Positions 48,935 to 59,750 of a DNA stretch of 64,000 nt are shown here, in pieces. This DNA is from Sedimentisphaerales bacterium (GTDB taxonomy: Bacteria; Planctomycetota; Phycisphaerae; Sedimentisphaerales; Anaerobacaceae). The DNA is taken from positions 2,976,001 to 3,040,000 of the forward strand of contig OY970194.1 in NCBI GenBank assembly GCA_963708075.1. The letters run 5' to 3'. How positions within the stretch are numbered: the stretch's first letter is position 1; each line of letters starts with the position of its first letter. Below the pieces are notes generated by a model, which worked only from the letters and a program-made list of their open reading frames with translations, was not told the DNA's origin and did not search any database. The translations under genes were made by a program, and so were the position numbers.

Positions 48935-50113
48935 TCCTGTGTCGAAGTCATCAATCGCCACGGTGACCGCGCGGTCAGCTCCATAGTACCGGCGCACCGC
49001 CTGAGGCCACTTATCACCCTGCGGCAACGCGCCTCGATTCTCCCGGCAGTATGTAGACACGGTGCCACATAGTTCCCTGACGATGCCCATGGATGCCGCC
49101 TGCCTGCGTGCCTCGCGTCCTGCGGACATGCCGTCCAGGAATCCGGCGATCATCGCCAGCAGCATGATCGCGAGAAAGAACCCGGAAATGCAGATACCTG
49201 CTATCGCCAGACCCCGGCCCGTCACGCGGCCGTGGCTTCTTTTGATGTCGTGGAGCCCGCAGATGCCCAGCAGGAAACCCAGAATCGCCGTGATCCCGCA
49301 CGTGAACAGGCCGCAAAGCCCCAGGACGAGGCTGGCGATAGCCCATCCGGAGGTATGCGAGATCGGCGCCGGATGCGTGTGTTCCCCGGGGTAGCGTGCC
49401 GCATGCAGCATCTGGGTGAGCACGAGCATTCGCTCTCTGTTGAAGTCCCTGATGCAGCACAGGACAATCAGGCCGATGATGGTCAGCAGACCGACGAGAC
49501 CCCAGAGAGGATTGCGCCCCTTGTATCTCGCGCAGTAAATCAGGCCGATAGTCAGGGGGACCATGCCCACCAGGCCGAGGAGGACGGCCAGCGAGCTGAC
49601 CGCGGGAGCCGCCGTCGGGTCCTCACGAGCCGGGGAGACGAGGATCATGGTGTTCGAGATCGCCACCATGATGAATCCGGGCACCCCGAGAAGCAGACTC
49701 CAGCGGTTGCAGGAGCTCCGGAATTCCTGGAGGGCGAGGTACTCCCGCTCCAGTTGCGCAACGTCGGGCCCCTCGCCCGCGGCCATCGGGTGGACCTGCG
49801 CCGATCCATTCAGAGGCCGACGGCAATGCACACATGTGGCGGCATCGGTGAGAACCGCCCCGCCGCACCACGGACACGGTCTGACGCCCAAGTCTCCTCG
49901 CACACGTTGATCCGCATCAACGCGCGATACAGCGGCGGCAGGACGGCCCCGTGTATCCGCACCCAGGCCGGCACGGTCCCCGACGAGACGCTCCCCGTTG
50001 AGAGGCACGACCACATGATGATGACATTTCGGACATTTGCCCTTGCGGCCGGCCCAGCCTTCCGAGGCCTTGATTCGATATCCACACTTGTCGCATGTAA
50101 AACGGATCATCAT
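48800..50113 (-). CDS. Zinc-ribbon / DUF4190 membrane protein, C-terminus probably truncated
   Basis: IRFTCDKCG..GKCPKC, CPWC..CVHC, TSGWAIASLVLG..GRGLAIAGI; 135-bp convergent overlap with neighbour. Confidence 0.7.
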   Translation of the reverse strand: MMIRFTCDKCGYRIKASEGWAGRKGKCPKCHHHVVVPLNGERLVGDRAGLGADTRGRPAAAVSRVDADQRVRGDLGVRPCPWCGGAVLTDAATCVHCRRPLNGSAQVHPMAAGEGPDVAQLEREYLALQEFRSSCNRWSLLLGVPGFIMVAISNTMILVSPAREDPTAAPAVSSLAVLLGLVGMVPLTIGLIYCARYKGRNPLWGLVGLLTIIGLIVLCCIRDFNRERMLVLTQMLHAARYPGEHTHPAPISHTSGWAIASLVLGLCGLFTCGITAILGFLLGICGLHDIKRSHGRVTGRGLAIAGICISGFFLAIMLLAMIAGFLDGMSAGREARRQAASMGIVRELCGTVSTYCRENRGALPQGDKWPQAVRRYYGADRAVTVAIDDFDTGLQVPRGPSWPPAHAVGDRVAYEFLFGRIPFQRALQQHGNVPQVT

Positions 50114-50444
50114 TGTTGCCCCCTTCCATCCCAGTGAGCCACTACAACCTGACTTTTCAGGCATTGAATCCAGAGCCAAACGCGGCTCTGCTACCTGGGA
50201 TTCGCCGGATTGGCGGGCATCCTGCGCGGGGCATGAGAGAATTTTGAAGGGGACCGTCCCGATTCCCCCCGCCTGACCTTCTCGCACAGCAGGCGTGTTC
50301 CCCGCAGGCTACCGGTGTGTCCGGCTCACCCGCGGTCACGCCGACGCGATCGAGGCCGATGGTCCTCGACTGCCCGAGCCGGATGTGTGTCCGGCCCTTT
50401 GGACCCAAGGCGGCCCGCGCGCTGCCCGCAAGCCGCAGACAGTC

Positions 50445-52091
50445 TCAACGGCGTCTGGGCGTGGTGGTGGGCGGCTCCGGCGGCTGTGTGTGCTGCTGCC
50501 AGAGAGTCATGAACATGTCATAATCCGTCGCATCGAAGACGCCGTCGCCGTTGATGTCGCCGGAGAATGGGACTTCGTTTCTCTCGGCGTAGATCGTGCC
50601 GCCGTGAGCACCGACGTTCAAGCGCCCGCCGTTGGGCTTGCTCTCCAGGGAGAAATCAGCCGCCGGGTCGCCCGCATCGGCGCATGGGCTCGTCACGTCA
50701 TCCAGGACCCACACGTCGTGCTCAGGCCAGTACCGCCCTCGCACGCTTCGCACGTGGTAGTCGCCACCTTCCGGATCGACAAACAGCGGGTCGCTGCTGA
50801 GATTGTCGCCAGCCGAGAGGAAGGCATGATCCATAGGATTGAGCGGCGTGACCAACTGCACGCAACTGTACTTCACCTCGCATGAGGATACGTCGTTCTC
50901 CGTATTGGCCCAAATGATGCTATTGCTGATGCTGGGACGAAGGGCCCGCCAGGTATCAGAGAGGCCATAGGCGTCCACCCCATAAACATTGCCGGTGACG
51001 GTGACGTTGGTGATTGTCGGCGTACTATGTGCGCAGAAGACACCGATGTAGCTGTTGGCAATCACGAAGTTGCGAAGGACCGTGTCCGGCCCCTCGCCCA
51101 TGTAGAAGGACACGCCAAATCCATCCGGCGCTTCGATGATGGCCGCATCGCCTATGCTCTGCAGGGTAATCGCCTTGCCCAGGAATCGGACTTCCTCGCG
51201 ATACACGCCAGGGTAGACATTGACTATGTCTCCTTTCTGCGCCAGGTCGATGGCCTTCTGAATGGTCGCCAGCGCCGATCGCGGACTCAGACCGGCATTT
51301 GTGTCACTGCCATGCGTCCCATCGACATACAGGTCGCCCGGGGCGGTGACGTCGCGATAGAGCTGCCGGACTGCCGTCGAGGAGAGGGCCCGGTCGAAGA
51401 TCATGAGCTCATCCATCATGCCTTCAAAGTGGTATCGCGGGGGGCCTGCCGTGTTCGTGTACCTGCCCACGTTGACCTTGTCATCATCGTAGCTACCCAC
51501 AAAGTCGATGGGCGTCGAGGAGTAGGCCCGCCAGGCATCCAACTCACCGTCCACGTAGATCTCCTGCAACGTGCCCCTCCGCACCGCCGCAATGTGGTAC
51601 CACCGGCCTTTGACGACAATCGTCTGCGAATACAGATCCTCGTCGCTCTGGACGATGGTGGTCATTTGGAACGAGATTTTACCTGTGCCACCCCGTCGTT
51701 GGATCTGGTATCCGAGCTCGTTCCCCGGATCACTGCTTGAGGCGTGATTGAGGTCCACGAGCACCTCGCTTTCCTCGACCGACGATCCCTTATCCCGCTC
51801 GAAGTAGACCCACAGGGAGACGGTGAAATCGTTAACGGGCAGCCAAACAGGATCGTTGTTGGGCAAAGCCACGTAATCGTCTATGCCATCGAACAGCAAT
51901 CCGGCGCCGACTCGTCCCGGCACCCATCGCACCCCGTACACGGTGCCGGATCGGTCGCCTGCCGTGTCGAGAGCCTGGGTTCCTCCGTCCTCATCGAACG
52001 TCCAGATGTGGGTGGCGCCCGTGCCGGGATGCGCGGGTCCATGAATACACAGACACAACGACAGGATGAATGTAAGCCCATTCGCTCTGAT
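50445..52091 (-). CDS. Secreted LamG-like jellyroll plus beta-helix protein with EF-hand/dockerin-like tail
   Basis: WTFDE..FDGIDDYV, WYHIAAV, FEGMMDEL; ATIQKAID; GDINGDGVFDATD; start codon unclear (ATC after AGGAGGA, or TTG 52124). Confidence 0.8.
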   Translation of the reverse strand: MRANGLTFILSLCLCIHGPAHPGTGATHIWTFDEDGGTQALDTAGDRSGTVYGVRWVPGRVGAGLLFDGIDDYVALPNNDPVWLPVNDFTVSLWVYFERDKGSSVEESEVLVDLNHASSSDPGNELGYQIQRRGGTGKISFQMTTIVQSDEDLYSQTIVVKGRWYHIAAVRRGTLQEIYVDGELDAWRAYSSTPIDFVGSYDDDKVNVGRYTNTAGPPRYHFEGMMDELMIFDRALSSTAVRQLYRDVTAPGDLYVDGTHGSDTNAGLSPRSALATIQKAIDLAQKGDIVNVYPGVYREEVRFLGKAITLQSIGDAAIIEAPDGFGVSFYMGEGPDTVLRNFVIANSYIGVFCAHSTPTITNVTVTGNVYGVDAYGLSDTWRALRPSISNSIIWANTENDVSSCEVKYSCVQLVTPLNPMDHAFLSAGDNLSSDPLFVDPEGGDYHVRSVRGRYWPEHDVWVLDDVTSPCADAGDPAADFSLESKPNGGRLNVGAHGGTIYAERNEVPFSGDINGDGVFDATDYDMFMTLWQQHTQPPEPPTTTPRRR

Positions 52092-52248
52092 GTCGAGTCC
52101 TCCTGCAATCAGGATCTGCTGCAAACTGTACGCATCGCTCGTCGGCCCGCCGTCGGCAGTCGCATGATTTCCGCTTCTTCTATTGTACCGGGTGACGGAG
52201 CCGATTCAAGTAAAAACAACGGATGTATATGCGGGAAATGTGGATGGC

Positions 52249-53277
52249 TCAGGCGGCGAGGTCGTTGCCGGGAGGGCTCGCTTTCTTCGCTTGCCCAGCC
52301 CAGGCAAGCCAGTAGACAAGTCCAATCGCCGCCATGAAGATCAGGGAGGAGAACAGGATCATGGACATCAGCAATGCTTCCGCCCGGCCGACGCCGTACC
52401 CTGCGAGCAGGCCCACGAGGGTCACCTCGCGCACCCCGAGGTTGGCTATGGAAATCGGTAGTTTGCTCAGAAGAAAGATGACGGCGCACAGCCACATCAG
52501 GACGCCGACGGATACGTCGATATGGGCCGCCCGCGCGGCAAAGAAGTAGATCAGGAGGCCGACACATAGGCTATTCACAGCATTTATGGCGGCAATGACC
52601 GCGTGGAATCGGAAGCCCGCCGTCTGAAAGGCGGCGATCTGCGTCAGCATGGTCTGTCCTTTGTTCCACAGGCCGCCCGGCAGCCATCGCAGCAGAGCCG
52701 CCAGCACTTTCGTAACCGTCGCACCGGTCCGCGGATCCAGCAGGAGCACGCTCACGGCTGTAATCGCGACGAGGAGGAGGCCGCTGACCACCGGCACAAT
52801 CCAGGTTCGCTGCTCGCCCGGGACGCCGGTCTTCGCAGGGTTTGTCACGATCAGAGCCGCCAGCCCGATCACCGTCATCACGACGGACAGCGTCACCTGA
52901 TTATACAGCATACTGCTCAGTACGTTGCTGCCTTTGCCGGTGAGCCGCTTGAGAATGTACCATTTCACGCCCGTGCTCAGGATGCCGGGCAGGACCAGGC
53001 TGTAAAGGGAGGTGATGGAACTGACGCCAAACAGCGTGTTCACACCGACCCGGCAATCCTGCTTACTGAGGATCAACTGCATGGCCAGGCACTGCAGCCA
53101 GAAGAAAGCCGCGGTAGACAGCCATACACCGACCAGGCAAGGCCAGTTTGCCGCGCTCACAGTCTGCCGGAATTGTGAGAAATCGACCTGCGAGAGGACC
53201 CACGCCAGTAGTATGCCCGTCACGGAGACTTTGGCCAGGAGCTTCAGGACCTGCTTGGTACGAATGGACATTGCCAC
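52249..53277 (-). CDS. Lysylphosphatidylglycerol synthase TM-domain / flippase-like protein
   Basis: Multi-TM; LPISIANLGVRE motif. Confidence 0.8.
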   Translation of the reverse strand: MAMSIRTKQVLKLLAKVSVTGILLAWVLSQVDFSQFRQTVSAANWPCLVGVWLSTAAFFWLQCLAMQLILSKQDCRVGVNTLFGVSSITSLYSLVLPGILSTGVKWYILKRLTGKGSNVLSSMLYNQVTLSVVMTVIGLAALIVTNPAKTGVPGEQRTWIVPVVSGLLLVAITAVSVLLLDPRTGATVTKVLAALLRWLPGGLWNKGQTMLTQIAAFQTAGFRFHAVIAAINAVNSLCVGLLIYFFAARAAHIDVSVGVLMWLCAVIFLLSKLPISIANLGVREVTLVGLLAGYGVGRAEALLMSMILFSSLIFMAAIGLVYWLAWAGQAKKASPPGNDLAA

Positions 53278-53285
53278 GTCAGAGC

Positions 53286-54011
53286 CTACCGATTATGCCC
53301 CAGAATCAGGACCCGGCGCGACAGGGTGAGCTGCAACTTGTACAACCTGCTGCACACCGAGCAGTACGGAAACAACGCCTCCAGAGCGCCGAACGGCATG
53401 CGAGAGGCGAACGCCGACAGGATCACGGCCGCCGCACCGCCGAACGGGCCGCTCATGTAGTCGCTTCGGATGCCCTCGTACCCCGCATTCACCAGGAGCT
53501 GATCGAGGCGACGACGCGTCGTGACGTAGTTGTGCGAGAAGTCGCAATTGAAGAACTGCTGGCGCCAGCTCAGATAGTCCGGCGAGTGGATCAGGAACTT
53601 GCCGCCCGGATTCAGGACCCGCCTAATCTGACACGCCGTGTCGAGCGCCTGCTCCAGGCCGTTCATGTGCTCCATCACATTGACCATGGCGACGAGATCG
53701 AACTTGCGGTCCAGGGCCGGCAGCGGCGGGACCCTCGCACAAATGACGTGAGCTCCTTTCTGTCGCAGCGACTCGGCCAGTCCGACGTTGGGCTCCACCG
53801 CGTGGTATTCCATCTTTTGTGCGAGGCAAAGCTCGGCGAACTCCCCCCGCCCAGGACCGATCTCCAGGACGCTGCTCCCCGGCGACACATCCGCGAATGC
53901 CAGGATTCGCTGCGAGGCCCGCCGCATAAATCGCAGGCCCAGCCCCGTCGGCTGCTCGGCCTTTCGTAGATGGTCAAAGAAGGCCTCGGTTGCCTTTTGT
54001 TCATCCGTCAT
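53286..54011 (-). CDS. Class I SAM-dependent methyltransferase
   Basis: VLEIGPGRG, NVMEH. Confidence 0.85.
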   Translation of the reverse strand: MTDEQKATEAFFDHLRKAEQPTGLGLRFMRRASQRILAFADVSPGSSVLEIGPGRGEFAELCLAQKMEYHAVEPNVGLAESLRQKGAHVICARVPPLPALDRKFDLVAMVNVMEHMNGLEQALDTACQIRRVLNPGGKFLIHSPDYLSWRQQFFNCDFSHNYVTTRRRLDQLLVNAGYEGIRSDYMSGPFGGAAAVILSAFASRMPFGALEALFPYCSVCSRLYKLQLTLSRRVLILGHNR

Positions 54012-54829
54012 TGCTTTTTCCTCGCGATCAACACGCGCTCGTCGGCGCAACGTTCTTTGTATTCCTCGTAGACCCGCAGATCGTAGATCGCCTTGTAGAG
54101 AAGGTAGTCCTGTTTGCGGACGATCTCGAAGCCATGCGACAGCAGAACCTGCTCGATCTTGCCCCACTCGATGTGGTCGTCGGGCCAGACGTGGATGTCG
54201 CCCTCCCGCTTGTAGCGGGGATTCGCCAGTCGTCGAAGGATGTGCTTGTAGCCCTTGACGTCGAGCATCAAGGATACCATGCGTCGCCAATCCACTCGTG
54301 GCCGGGCTTTCGTCAAGAACTCCGCGTAGATGGCCGGCCTTTGATAATACGCTTCCGTCACCTCGTGATCGATGTAGATGACGCCGCCGGGTTTGATCAC
54401 TCTGCACATCTCCTCGACGATGCGAAGGTAATCCGGGACATGATGCAGCACGGAGTAAGTAGCGACCAGATCAAAGCGAGTGTCCGGCACGTTGGACAGA
54501 TCTGCCCCGTTGATTCTGAGTGTTTCCACCTTGCCTGTCCCGGAGAACTTCCGCTCGACGGCCTTGAGATAATCATCGGACACGTCGGCGGCGACGACGT
54601 GGAAACCCAACTCGCTCAGATGCCTGGTCAGGTTGCCCGATCCGCAGCCATGGTCGAAGGCCATCAAAGGCTTCGAGCCTGTCTGCACTGCATTCATTGC
54701 CTCCTGGAGTGCACTGTATAATCGCCGCTGCTCTATCGGGTTGAAGATCTCGTGGTGCGATGTCTCGTACACTGCGGCACCGGTCTTCTCAAGGTTCTCA
54801 ATACCCATGGATTCGCCTTTATGCGTCAC
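54008..54829 (-). CDS. Class I SAM-dependent methyltransferase
   Basis: FDHGCGSG, SVLHH, RVIKPGG. Confidence 0.85.
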   Translation of the reverse strand: MTHKGESMGIENLEKTGAAVYETSHHEIFNPIEQRRLYSALQEAMNAVQTGSKPLMAFDHGCGSGNLTRHLSELGFHVVAADVSDDYLKAVERKFSGTGKVETLRINGADLSNVPDTRFDLVATYSVLHHVPDYLRIVEEMCRVIKPGGVIYIDHEVTEAYYQRPAIYAEFLTKARPRVDWRRMVSLMLDVKGYKHILRRLANPRYKREGDIHVWPDDHIEWGKIEQVLLSHGFEIVRKQDYLLYKAIYDLRVYEEYKERCADERVLIARKKQ

Positions 54830-55938
54830 CGCTGCGCCCCTCCCGAGGACATCAATCGTTCATAGAGTTCCACAATCTGCCGCATGGGCCCGCTGCCGTC
54901 AAACGAGGAGGAATGCTCGAATCCACTGCGGAGAAGTCCCTCCCGCAGAGCGCCGTCCTGTCTGAGTTGTCGGATCGATTCGGCAATGGCTTCGGGAGCC
55001 AGCCGCGGAAGGACAATGCCTGTCTGTCCATTCCGGACCAATTCAGGCAGACCGCCGACGGGCGAGACAATCACCGGCACCCTCATCCGCATCATCTCCA
55101 GAGCGGCAATGCCGAATGCCTCCCTCCGACTGGGGACCACGCCCACGTCGAAGGCCCGCATGACGGCCGCCGTGTTCTCCTGCAGGCCCGCGAATATCAC
55201 CACGCGGTCGAGCACGAGCGTGCGAGCCTGATTCTCCAGATGCTCGTGTTCCGGGCCGTCCCCGACCACAACGAAACGCCAGGAATCGTCTTCGTCCCTG
55301 AGGATTGCCGCCGCGTCAATGAGCAGGTCCGCCCCTTTCGCGCGATCCAGCCGGCCCACGAACCCGACGACGAACTTGTCTTCACCCAGGCCCAGAGAGG
55401 CCCGTGCGGCGGTCCTCTCATAGCGGTCAGGGGCAAACCGCTCCAAGTCGATGAAGTTGTCAACGACTGTCACCGGGACTGCGGACCTTCGCAGTACACG
55501 TTGCACAGCCGATTTCGCCGCTTCAGAGTTGGCGATGATCGCATCCGCTCGCGGTCCGAAAAGCCACAGCAACCGGCGATACACACAGCCTGTGCCACCC
55601 CGGAAGATCGCCCCGTGCTCGTGGATAACCACTCGGCCCTGGTAGAGGGATTTCGCCAGCAGGCTGCTGATGATGGCTTTCTGCAGGTGGGCATGAACAA
55701 TGTCGATCTGGTAGCTCCTGCACAGACCCGCAATCGACCTAATGGCGGCAGGGTCGTACCTGCGGCATTGCAGGCTCATGACGGTGCCACGGATCGGAAT
55801 CGACTTCGGATTCAAGCGAAGGGCGCACACAAAGCTCTCGAAGTGGTCCTCCGGCATTCGCTCGACGATGTTCTTCACCACGAAGGGGGCACCGCCGTAC
55901 CCCAGATGATCGATCACGTGCAGTACGCGGATTTTCAT
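54826..55938 (-). CDS. Glycosyltransferase family 4
   Basis: HVIDHLGYGG, VGRLDRAKG, EAFGIAALE. Confidence 0.9.
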   Translation of the reverse strand: MKIRVLHVIDHLGYGGAPFVVKNIVERMPEDHFESFVCALRLNPKSIPIRGTVMSLQCRRYDPAAIRSIAGLCRSYQIDIVHAHLQKAIISSLLAKSLYQGRVVIHEHGAIFRGGTGCVYRRLLWLFGPRADAIIANSEAAKSAVQRVLRRSAVPVTVVDNFIDLERFAPDRYERTAARASLGLGEDKFVVGFVGRLDRAKGADLLIDAAAILRDEDDSWRFVVVGDGPEHEHLENQARTLVLDRVVIFAGLQENTAAVMRAFDVGVVPSRREAFGIAALEMMRMRVPVIVSPVGGLPELVRNGQTGIVLPRLAPEAIAESIRQLRQDGALREGLLRSGFEHSSSFDGSGPMRQIVELYERLMSSGGAQR

Positions 55939-57065
55939 CTGACCTCCGCATAGAGCCGCAAGTACGATTCAGCGACCTTGTTCCAACCGAAATCCTCGGC
56001 TCTCTTCCTCGCCGCCGATGACATCATCGCGAGGGTCGCTCGATTCCCCGCCAGCTTCTCAATCGCGGCGGCGATGGCGGCGGGCTGCGCAACATCGACG
56101 ATGATGCCGTTATCCGCAATGAGCTCGTCGACGCCTTCGCAACGAGTCGTGACGATGGGCAGGCCGCTGGCCATCGCCTCAAGCATGGCGTTGCTCATCC
56201 CCTCCTGCATGCTCGCGCTGACAAGAACGTCGTTCTGCCGATAGATCGCCGGCATCTCACGGCCCTCACGCCGGCCCAGGAGCGTGACGATGCCCCGTAA
56301 GCCCTTTTGGTCCAGCAGTTGCCGCAGCTCCGATTCCATGGCTCCGCCGCCGACGACGGTCAAACGCACGTTGCTGCCTTGACGGCCCAGGAGCTCAACC
56401 GCCTCGATCAGCAGTCCAAGCCGCTTGGTCATGGACAGCCGGCCCACGGTCAAGAGCCTGAGCGTGCCGGAATCCCGCTTGACCTCGACCGGATGAAACC
56501 GCTGAAGATCGACGCCGTTAGGGATGACCTCAATCTGAGCCGAGGGCAGGAATTCCATCGCGCGCGCTTTCAGGCCTTCGCTGCATGCCACGAGGGCGGA
56601 AGCCTTTTGCCAGATCGGCTTGAAGACAAGGGGACCGAGGATCTTGTAGTCGAGCTTGAGTCTCGCGTTCGCTCCCGGCACATCGGACCCGCGCAGAGAA
56701 ATGACATAAGGCAGCCGCTTCGCGGTCCGATAGCACAGCCAGCCCGTCGGAAAACCGAAGAAGGCATGGACCAGATTGTAGTCGTTCTTTCGGATCAGTC
56801 CGCGATAGACCGATCCGGCTTTGATGAGCCACGCGATGACCTCGCTCCTGCGCCACACGTGCAAGTCTTTCTTGCGAATTCCCACGCGGTGGATCGCGAC
56901 GTTGTCGGACAACCGCTCCATCACAAGGCCCGGCTTCGGCGCCGAGGTCAGCACATCGACCTGCAGATCCCCCCTGCCGGCATACTGATGCAACAGTGCC
57001 AGGTGGGCCTGGCCGCCGCCGCCGCCGATGGGCGGGAACTCGTAATTGAGCATCAGTATGTTCAT
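55935..57065 (-). CDS. Glycosyltransferase family 4
   Basis: NYEFPPIGGG, IPNGVD, EGMSNAMLEAMASG. Confidence 0.9.
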   Translation of the reverse strand: MNILMLNYEFPPIGGGGGQAHLALLHQYAGRGDLQVDVLTSAPKPGLVMERLSDNVAIHRVGIRKKDLHVWRRSEVIAWLIKAGSVYRGLIRKNDYNLVHAFFGFPTGWLCYRTAKRLPYVISLRGSDVPGANARLKLDYKILGPLVFKPIWQKASALVACSEGLKARAMEFLPSAQIEVIPNGVDLQRFHPVEVKRDSGTLRLLTVGRLSMTKRLGLLIEAVELLGRQGSNVRLTVVGGGAMESELRQLLDQKGLRGIVTLLGRREGREMPAIYRQNDVLVSASMQEGMSNAMLEAMASGLPIVTTRCEGVDELIADNGIIVDVAQPAAIAAAIEKLAGNRATLAMMSSAARKRAEDFGWNKVAESYLRLYAEVR

Positions 57066-57781
57066 TTCTTTCTCGCGATCACGTAAAGGTTCGTCTGCAA
57101 GGCCAGCGGCAGCTTTCGAAAATCGATCCACTCGAACAGGAGCGCCAAGGGGCCGAACTTCCTGAGTTTTGCACGCATGTACTCGTTCATCGGGTTCATC
57201 TTCAGGAACCGGACCTCGAACCCATGCCCTGCCAGGCGGCGTCTCAACTGCCCCGGCGTGTGCAGGGACGGATGCGCCCGCCGCCATTTCAGGGACCGCA
57301 GCGCAAGGGTCTCAAAGGCCGCGTCGCAGTACTTGTTCGGCGTCTGGAACAGGTAATATCCGCCGGGCCTGAGGACGCGACACACTTCACTGACGTGCAG
57401 ATCGACGCGGGCGATATGCTCGAACAGATCGAAGCTGAGCACGACGTCGAACGATGCGTCGTCGAACGCCAGCCCTTCCGCCGGCTGCACCTCCAACTGG
57501 ATGCCGCCGTACTTGGCCCGGCCGTACTCGATGGCCACATGGGAGATGTCCGTGCCCCGGACATCGTAACCCTGCTTCGCAAGCTCGTGCACGACCGTGC
57601 CGATCCCGCAGCCGATCTCCAGGATCCGGTCGCCCGGCTTGAGCAGGGCCGTCTGCGCGACGAATTCGAGGTTCGTCTGGAGATTTCCCCGCTGTTCCTT
57701 GCCCCGCTCGAGCTCGCTCTGCCAGCCGGCGTCGTACAGCTCCTGCTGCTCCTTCAATTGTCGATCCGCAAAATCCGGCAC
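57062..57781 (-). CDS. Class I SAM-dependent methyltransferase
   Basis: ILEIGCGIG, DLFEH, RVLRPGG. Confidence 0.85.
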   Translation of the reverse strand: MPDFADRQLKEQQELYDAGWQSELERGKEQRGNLQTNLEFVAQTALLKPGDRILEIGCGIGTVVHELAKQGYDVRGTDISHVAIEYGRAKYGGIQLEVQPAEGLAFDDASFDVVLSFDLFEHIARVDLHVSEVCRVLRPGGYYLFQTPNKYCDAAFETLALRSLKWRRAHPSLHTPGQLRRRLAGHGFEVRFLKMNPMNEYMRAKLRKFGPLALLFEWIDFRKLPLALQTNLYVIARKK

Positions 57782-57800
57782 TGCGGCACGCCTCCACCTG

Positions 57801-59750
57801 TCACTTGCGCTTGAACAGGATATACGGACCGAACTGGCTCGCGACCTGGTAGTTGTTCATCACAAACGAGCGCAACGGCTGCAGCACTTCGTATCGTTTG
57901 CCTTCGGCCGGCTCGATCTGATCGCTCAGTGCCTTGGCGTAGCTCTGATCGTACAATTTCACAACCTGCTCATTATTGGCGGGCAGGAAGCCCTTCTCGG
58001 TGCGGGGCCACAGAACGAGCGGCGGGCGATCCCATGGGAAGTGCTGGTTCTGTGTATCGACAATGAACTTCGGCGGCTCCTTGTTGAAGGCGGCCAGAAG
58101 CTCCTGAACTCTCGCCGCAAGGTCTTCGGGCGGGAGGGTGTGCATCGTTCCCTCGAAGGCCTTGGGGGCCGAGCTCATCCGCTGGGCCTGGACGTAGATG
58201 CCCGGAACCCAGCCCCAGACATAGATCTTGTCGGTCGGCTCGGAATGGTCGCGGATGTACTTGCCCACGGGTGTCCAGCTATAGCGACTCTCGTCTCTGA
58301 CCTCACTCCACTTCTGCGAATACCCGCGCCGCGGCGCGGGCTCGGGATAGACGACACCGCTGTGCGGGCTCTTCCTGATTCCGAAGAAGATGTGCCACGA
58401 CATGACGATCATCGCCAGCGACCCGAGCAGGCCCAGGACCATCCACCGGGTCTTGTCGCGGTCGCCGTGCAGCCTGTGAGCGTACACGCCGACCAGGTAA
58501 CTCCCCAGCACGGCGCCGGAGGCGTTCAGGGGCAGGAAGTACTGCTCGTAAGTATGCGGGCTGATCCAGACGAAGGCCATGTCGAAGAACCACCACAGCC
58601 CGAACAACAGAACGAATCTGCCGGTGTCCTGTTCCACGGGCGCAGCGGCTTTCACGCGTCTGGCGCGCACCACGATCACGCTCCGCGCCGCGATGGCGCC
58701 GAGCGCCAGGGCGATGGGAAGGATCAGAAGCCCATAGTAGCGCAGGACCCGCAGGGTCACCTGTTTCCTCGCGGCCGAGTCCAGGGCCACCCAACTGTTG
58801 CTGACATAGCCGGGCAGTAATTTGAGAATCAGGCCTCGCTCGGCTTCCTTCTCCGGCTTGGTTTGCGCGGCCGGCTGCTGCGACTCGGTGACCTGCCCTT
58901 TATTCGTATCTACGCCAACCATCGACAGCGCCGGTTTGAGAACGAATGAATACGGCCAGTAATGGACCGCCGAACCCATTTGCATGTACCACCCGACGAT
59001 TGGCGCAACGATGATAAACCCGCCGATGAAGGGCAGTACGACGTCCTTGGCGGCCTTCTTCCAGGCCCTGCGACGCAGAATCGCCTGAATGAGAGTGAAA
59101 ATGACGACCGCCCCAATCGCCGACATCCCCGTCTGCTTGAACATGGGTCCCCAGACGAGCAGCATGCCGGTCAAGACGGCCAACCACCACTTGCCGGTCA
59201 GATGATACCAGACGAAGCAGCAGATCCCCATGATCATGAAAGCAATCATGAACTGCTCTTTGACGTTGCCATATTTTGCGATTAGCGGCGCGGACAGGAA
59301 GACGGACGCGACGGTGACGCTCAACACGGCCGCGAGGCTTCCATAGAGCCGTCGGATCGTGATGAACAGGAACGTGAATGCCGCTGCCTGGAAGAGACCC
59401 TGGAGGACCTTGGAACCTGTCTCATTAAAGCCCGACAGCGTCACACCGAGCATGTTCATCAGCAATGTGCCCGCCTGGGCGCTTGGCTTTTCGTCATATC
59501 CGATGCGAGCGCCGGAAAGGACGTGCTTGGCCGAGTACACGTAACAGCCACTGTCGTACGGATCGGGGCTCTTGAGCTCGAAGTACTTGCCCAGAATAAA
59601 CGGAATGCCTGCCAGCACAGCCAACGCCAAGGCAACCCATAGAAACTGCGGAATGCGGATTGCGGTTCGCGGATTCGCCTCCCGACCCGAACCCGGGGTG
59701 CGAGATGAAACCTTCTTGTCGGTTGTCTTCCTATGCGGAGCTGCGCTCAT
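57801..59750 (-). CDS. ArnT/PMT-like (GT-C fold) membrane glycosyltransferase
   Basis: Multi-TM; YDSGCY acidic loop after TM1, NVKE, FKQ; periplasmic C-terminal DKIYVWG domain. Confidence 0.75.
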   Translation of the reverse strand: MSAAPHRKTTDKKVSSRTPGSGREANPRTAIRIPQFLWVALALAVLAGIPFILGKYFELKSPDPYDSGCYVYSAKHVLSGARIGYDEKPSAQAGTLLMNMLGVTLSGFNETGSKVLQGLFQAAAFTFLFITIRRLYGSLAAVLSVTVASVFLSAPLIAKYGNVKEQFMIAFMIMGICCFVWYHLTGKWWLAVLTGMLLVWGPMFKQTGMSAIGAVVIFTLIQAILRRRAWKKAAKDVVLPFIGGFIIVAPIVGWYMQMGSAVHYWPYSFVLKPALSMVGVDTNKGQVTESQQPAAQTKPEKEAERGLILKLLPGYVSNSWVALDSAARKQVTLRVLRYYGLLILPIALALGAIAARSVIVVRARRVKAAAPVEQDTGRFVLLFGLWWFFDMAFVWISPHTYEQYFLPLNASGAVLGSYLVGVYAHRLHGDRDKTRWMVLGLLGSLAMIVMSWHIFFGIRKSPHSGVVYPEPAPRRGYSQKWSEVRDESRYSWTPVGKYIRDHSEPTDKIYVWGWVPGIYVQAQRMSSAPKAFEGTMHTLPPEDLAARVQELLAAFNKEPPKFIVDTQNQHFPWDRPPLVLWPRTEKGFLPANNEQVVKLYDQSYAKALSDQIEPAEGKRYEVLQPLRSFVMNNYQVASQFGPYILFKRK

